Of a stretch of DNA of 39,743 nucleotides, positions 34,327-39,743 are shown piece by piece. Source of the stretch: Asterionella formosa (lineage: Eukaryota); NCBI GenBank assembly GCA_002256025.1, contig NKIB01009122.1, positions 62,001 to 101,743 on the forward strand, given 5' to 3'. Position 1 is the first letter of the stretch. Every line of letters begins with the position of its first letter. The position numbers and the translations under genes were made by a program. The notes beneath the pieces were generated by a model. The model searched no databases, was not told where the DNA came from, and worked only from the letters and a program-made list of their open reading frames with translations.

Positions 34327-35093
34327 TGTCGTCGGCGGGTCGATTGTTAATTTAATGATAAATTAATGAGGGAAACGAAGTAACTGGCTGGGTCTTGGTG
34401 ATCAATTATTAGCTTAGGAAGAACCAGCTACGAGAAACCGTCTCATGTGGTCTGATGATGGTGTATGTGAGAAAGGATGTCACGGAATGAGCTAGCAAAC
34501 AAAGGTGGCATGCATCAGACGAGGCAGGTAGGTGGTCAAGCCGCGAGGTAACCACTACCTGGTACCAGCAGTGGCTGTGCGTATCTCGCAACAAATTCCA
34601 ACCGCGGAGACTAACGGTGATACTGTGAACGATCGGACATTTCACACCGATTGGTATTCTTTGTATGTATCCTCCCTCTATCGTGTATGACATGTGGTGC
34701 ATGATACGTACATGCCCGGTGTACCACCATCGTATACCGGTTACTGCACTCTACGAGGTCTACGAGGGACTAGGGAATGGTTCCTGGTACAGTATCAGGT
34801 ACCGGTACCGGTACAATGTACCCTGCTACCTGGTCCCCTCGGAGTACCTATACCTGGTACCTGGTACCACAGGTAGACAACGGTGCCTGGTACCTGGTCC
34901 CTCCATGTTCTATGATGAGCCGATGCATGTAGCGATGATAGGAGTACTGGTTCCGGTGGTTTGATTTTGACGCACTCCGCCAGAGTTGGGTCGTCGGCAA
35001 TTGAAATAATGATCCTTTCATTCTTGCCGTTGCTCTCTCATCACAACTCTTTAATGTTCTCCTAAAAATAATTCTCCATGAACGAGAGTGACC

Positions 35094-35985
35094 ATGTTCG
35101 GTTTATCTTTCGAAGACGAATCTAGATTTCACAAAAATGTTGCCTATGGCATGATTTACACGGCGATACCCCAGTTTCTCACGCTTTACTACCTCATTGA
35201 TGCTCCTTGGGGAAAGCATACACCTAAGGTTGGCGAGCAGTGGTATTTGGGCCCATTCGTTAATGCGCGTTGGTCATGGTTTGCCTTTGAGTCTCAAAAC
35301 TTAATGTGGAGTATGGCTTGCTTCGTGCAAAAAGATCGAACAATATTCACTTCCGTCAATCTCGTCCTTCTGACGATGTTTGTTGTCCACTACATCAACC
35401 GCGCCATCTTTCATCCACTTCGTATGAGCCCGGAAAGCAAGCCCATGCCGTTAGCTGTGGTATTCGCAGCTTTCGTATTCTGTAATTTCAATGGGTAGTA
35501 AGTGATGTGAGACAAACCATTGTGCATCATAATTAAGAATTCTCATGACTTTTCGTCGTCTGACATCATGCTGCTGCGTAAACAACGATAGTCTCCAGGC
35601 TCAACATTTTTGTCAGTTTCGACGTTACGGGATCGAAAATTTCTTGGAAACTCATTTTATAGTTGGTGTGACAATGTATATTTTTGGTTTTTCCGTGAAC
35701 CTACACTCCGATGGGATTCTTAGAAATCTCAGAATGCCTGGGGAATCTGGTTACCAAATTCCTCGTGGAGGATTATTTGACCTTGTCAGTGGTGCACATT
35801 ACCTTGGCGAAATTGTGGAGTGGACAGGGTATGCAATTGCAAGTAATAGTTTACCAGGCTATGCATTTGCCATATACACAGCATCTAACCTGATTCCACG
35901 GGCAGTCAGTCATCATCGGTGGTATCAGGAGCACTTTAAGGACTATCCCATGGAGCGGCAAGCTGTGATCCCATTTTTATGGTAG
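35094..35985 (+). CDS. 3-oxo-5-alpha-steroid 4-dehydrogenase (SRD5A1/DET2-like); exons 35094-35497 and 35592-35985
   Basis: Intron 35498-35591 (GTAAGT...GATAG) restores the conserved NGYLQA. Other motifs: APWGK, HYINRA, NLHSDGILRNLR, YQIPRGGLF, YLGEIVEWTG, NLIPRA..HHRWY and YP..R.AVIPF. Confidence 0.95.
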
Positions 35986-36482
35986 ATCCAGTGTTGAAAT
36001 TCCTGGGAAACCTACTCCAATCATGAATCACCAGATAACTTGCAAGGTTCTGGTAGTGACAACATAAATCATCAACAAAGTAGACAATATGTCAACCTAG
36101 CAATAGCTGACATCTCATTGCAAATGCAGCTTGTTTCACTTTTCCATTACTATATGGATTACTAGGTGTTATTTCCAGTGGACAAGCATAAATGTGAACA
36201 AAGCTGAGAGTATTTACCAGCACTACGGATGGAACCGAAATGGACCAGCCTGTTCCATACTTACTTCCTGAGGCAGCATGTTTAGGTTTGCTTAATATGT
36301 ATAGGAGCAGTGGTCACTTCCAACTGGAAATAAAAGAAGAAAAATTCATATCGAACCTCCAGCGAGCCAGAGGTTCCATTTTATTATTACCTGGATCAAT
36401 TGGTCTACAAAATAAATTTTACCTGATACGCTCTGCATTCTATGATCACCACACTCAGGCACCCACATCAACCACCTTGGAA

Positions 36483-37202
36483 CTCCCTCTCAGATATAAT
36501 AGTTGCGGTGATTTTCCAAGACTCAAGTTCTGGCTGAGATGCATATTTTTAGGATGAATTAGGTAGAAAGCCTACTATTTCTCTACATGAGGATGGGCTT
36601 ACTACTCGAAAAAATGTTTTTATTATGAGTTACATAGATGTGAACATGACTGAATCGCTAATTAATGCAATTCCTAGTATATAAATAAATCGAAACCAAT
36701 TGAACATAAATATATGCATAGGGAGTATATGCATTGGGTATACATAGCTATGTATCATCCAATGCTGTTTTACATTGCAGGAACCTAATTAAACACATCA
36801 CTATAGTATATCATAATCATAAAAAGAATAGAATAGAATAACTGTCCTTGTTCCACATCATTTCTACAGATGTTACATTTACATGGACCACACTGCCAGA
36901 CATTTAATGGTCCCAATTTATGATCATAAAACAAGCATTCCATTTGTTTTCTTGCTTCCCATCATCGCCACTTTAACTGTGGTGCTTGCGCAATCCATAA
37001 TCAAAGTAAAATTGCCGCTGTTCTACTGTTATATTTTACTTTGTATGCATGTCCTTGGGAATAGATGATTGTTTGAAGAAAAATTGGTTTTTACTCATGC
37101 AACTGATCTGAAGCTTACTATTAGATTAAGGCGCACAATAGGACGATTGAACTGGAGAACATCATGTGAGTCAAAATGGCCCTGGAGAAATTTTAAGAAT
37201 CG
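36483..37202. mobile_element. Diverged copy of the 28519-29319 MITE in inverted orientation, missing one TIR
   Basis: It begins CTCCCTCTCAGATATAATAGTTGC and is colinear with the reverse complement of the intact copy. Shared blocks include TTATGAGTTACATAG, CATGGACCA.ACTGCCAGA, CTTCCCATCATCGCCACTTT, TGTTCTACTGTTATAT and AGTCAAAATGGCCC. Confidence 0.85.
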
Positions 37203-38060
37203 CCGGGGACATTTTCGCCCAAAAGGAGAACCTGAAAAACTGCTTTGACCCATTGAGACAAGGTGTTTGCTTGTCTTCTCCAACTAGAGGTAAAATATAT
37301 TTAATTTCAGACCCTTTTATCATTAGTTTTAGAGCTGCATTCTTGATCAAGCCACTTTCAACTTGTAATCTCTTGGGAATATTGTTGGCAACAAGGTGCT
37401 CTGAATGAAGTCGGAGATTATTTGTTTTGATAACCCGGATTGCAAATAATTCTTCTTGAAGATTGTAAGCATTGATTCCTAAACCATTTAAATAATGCAA
37501 GGGAATGTCCACTTTACGAAAAGTCGAATGTTCCGGATAGAGATGAAAGAGAGGGAGCCATTGGGTTTATTGTGTATTGTAACAAGTGAGACATCCATTG
37601 TGGTCTGATTCCCGGTAAGAGTGTATTGAGGTGCCTTTGCTGTATGATCAGGGAAACTGGGTGCTTGATTATCTCTTAGACTACTAGGGTGAAATAAGAG
37701 TAAAAAATCTTGAAGCACACCAAATCCATCTCTAGTTGGGCTACATTTCTCAAGTATGTCCTTAGCTTGATCACCCTGGTGAAGTGGAAGTACTATGTCG
37801 CCATGGTTGAGAGCAGAATAGAGAATGATGCTAAATCGACAATATTCACCTTGAAAATACTGAGAAGTTGCTGTTATACCGAGTTTGGGACCAAATTTGA
37901 GGTGCATTCCTTCAAGAAGCTCAACATCAATTGGAGAATCTCTGAGATCTGCATCATAGACCATGTCAATGACTTGAACTGTAGAGTATGGAAATTTTTT
38001 CCTCATAAAGGATACTAGGATTGCGTAGATTTGGTGTTGTGTTGAATAAATGTGATCCAC
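37203..38060 (-). pseudogene. Frameshifted ORF, possible gag-like relic of a diatom Ty1/copia-type retrotransposon
   Basis: Two overlapping reading frames (190 and 113 aa) with no ATG at the start of the longer one. DGFGVLQDFLLLFHP and LHYLNGL resemble gag-region motifs from memory. No RT or integrase is visible. Confidence 0.35.
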
Positions 38061-38860
38061 AGCAGTTACTTGCTAGATACAGTAAATGCAAGTATTACAA
38101 GAGAAGAAAAAAAAGATGTTGACAATCAACGCTAGACTGAGCGACACAAGCCAAGTACTGAGAGGCTGTGCGGTCTACAAAAAACACGACTTGTACTCAG
38201 GAGTATGGCAGACGATTGACCCACAATAAATAAAATTAAATCGGAACCGGGATTACGCACAACTGGCCAGGATATAAATAATATGAGGTTGGTGTACAAT
38301 GTACAGGGATGCGATCTTGGGGATGATATTTTAGTGAGTGCCCTCACTAAATATTATGTACCACAAGAAGAATCACAAAGAACCTCCAGAGCTTGTATTT
38401 TAATCGACGTACAATTGCGCCACCACAGATGGACAATAAATGACATGGTTTAAGATGATATGTGAAGAAGCGCTCCAGATCGACGTGCGTATCACAGAAC
38501 ACCAGCTGTCTTTGAGAATTCTGGAAGGAGAACAAATGTGGAGCAACCTTGTCCACAGAAAATTTCTCTGGTATCCACTTGTAGAAATGTGCGTCTGAAG
38601 TGTCACCAGTAGTGATTTAGATGCACCACGAAACAAAATAAACAATGGTGGCTGATTGAAAATTCACAACATTTCTTTTCTTTCTTTGATTGGATAACTC
38701 GCTTGTTCAACAGTAACAATAGATAAAATAGCTGATGATTGACTTGGAGGTCAATGTCAAGGAGTTATCACAATCCAATAGAGAGCAAAAAAGTGAAGAT
38801 GACAGCGACATATGCGTAAGTTGACAAATTGAAACGTTGAATTTTGATTGAATTGCCTTT

Positions 38861-39697
38861 ATGTGTGGAATCTTATGGTCTGTCTGTCATCACTACACAG
38901 CCCTTACAGGCACCAACTGGGATGACACAGATGCACTGCATGTGGCGTTGACTGGTCTTGGATCCACTGCCACACCCATCCTGTTCGATGGTGCCAAAGC
39001 TTACAAAGACATCATGATCGAAATGCCACGCATCTCGACGAACGAAGACATCGCCATGACCACCACCGCGGACTTGAAGAGCCACAAGCAGAAGGAAACT
39101 GGATCCGGCATCTTCCTCGCCATCCCACACCTGGCCCAGGTTCCCCCCTTCCTTTTCGATATGCTCACAAGACAGACATCTCACGATCCTGCAGATTTAT
39201 ATTTCGCCACAAAACAAGCAACAATCGAATTCGGCCTTGCCCAGGCCGACTTGATAGCATCGCGTTTGGACAAGGAAGAAGCAGAGATCATCTGCCGTGT
39301 CCATGTGTCTGCAGGTTACTTCACAAATTTCTTATACGCAGCAGCAACACATGCCGAAGAACTGGCATTGTCGACCTCGAAACCCAGCCTGCCCGAAACT
39401 ATGGAATGGAGTACAGCTCTACACCGGGCACATTTAAGTGGTACCACCGTTACTACTACTACAGGTACACCGAACCCTACGAGAACGGTTCCAGTACCAG
39501 AAAATAATTCAGGTAACAATGCAGATTTATATGTGGGACACGGTTTGGACAAAGTAGCTAACCACAGCTCTGGTAAATGCGGCATCGAAACTAGCTACCG
39601 TATACTTCATTGTCCTGGACCCCCCCTATGGTTGCTGGACCCCCCTGTACATTTTTCTCGAGGTGGAACCAAACACCCAATAATTTTCTTGTCATAG
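38861..39697 (+). CDS. Hypothetical 278-aa ORF; first about 190 aa possibly an ORF1/gag-like relic of a diatom retroelement
   Basis: Coding-like composition to about 39430 (HHYTALTGT..VALTGLGSTATPILFD..VPPFLFDML...DPADL). The ORF then runs into TA-palindrome-rich low-complexity sequence. Confidence 0.4.
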   Translation: MCGILWSVCHHYTALTGTNWDDTDALHVALTGLGSTATPILFDGAKAYKDIMIEMPRISTNEDIAMTTTADLKSHKQKETGSGIFLAIPHLAQVPPFLFDMLTRQTSHDPADLYFATKQATIEFGLAQADLIASRLDKEEAEIICRVHVSAGYFTNFLYAAATHAEELALSTSKPSLPETMEWSTALHRAHLSGTTVTTTTGTPNPTRTVPVPENNSGNNADLYVGHGLDKVANHSSGKCGIETSYRILHCPGPPLWLLDPPVHFSRGGTKHPIIFLS

Positions 39698-39743
39698 ACA
39701 AAGTAACGTGCTATAATTCTTTTTGTCCTCGTAGGCACTAGTA

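Overview
This is eukaryotic nuclear DNA, almost certainly from a diatom: it has short GT-AG introns, bipartite signal-peptide + SA-F plastid presequences, and a DUF6824-type protein. It holds 11 credible host genes: a 5'-truncated protein kinase, a Pro-rich protein with a conserved C-terminal domain, a DUF6824 protein, plastid EF-Ts, a linker-histone/DDT-WHIM-WSD/PWWP chromatin protein, a DUF1769 protein, a DUF179 protein, a START/polyketide-cyclase protein, a UMP-CMP kinase with a CaMKII-hub-like tail, an HHL1-like protein and a steroid 5-alpha-reductase. Between them lies transposon debris: piggyBac-like and PIF/Harbinger pseudogenes, three Stowaway/mariner-type MITEs with CTCCCTCT termini, and gag-like relics. 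The most striking unexplained signal is fields of TA-anchored near-palindromes (TACCWGGTA chains, TACCGGTA, TA-CTC-N-GAG-TA) upstream of essentially every gene start. The intact MITE sits inside one such chain. I interpret these fields (inference) as serial Tc1/mariner excision footprints accumulating in promoters. All family calls come from motif recognition by eye, not database searches.
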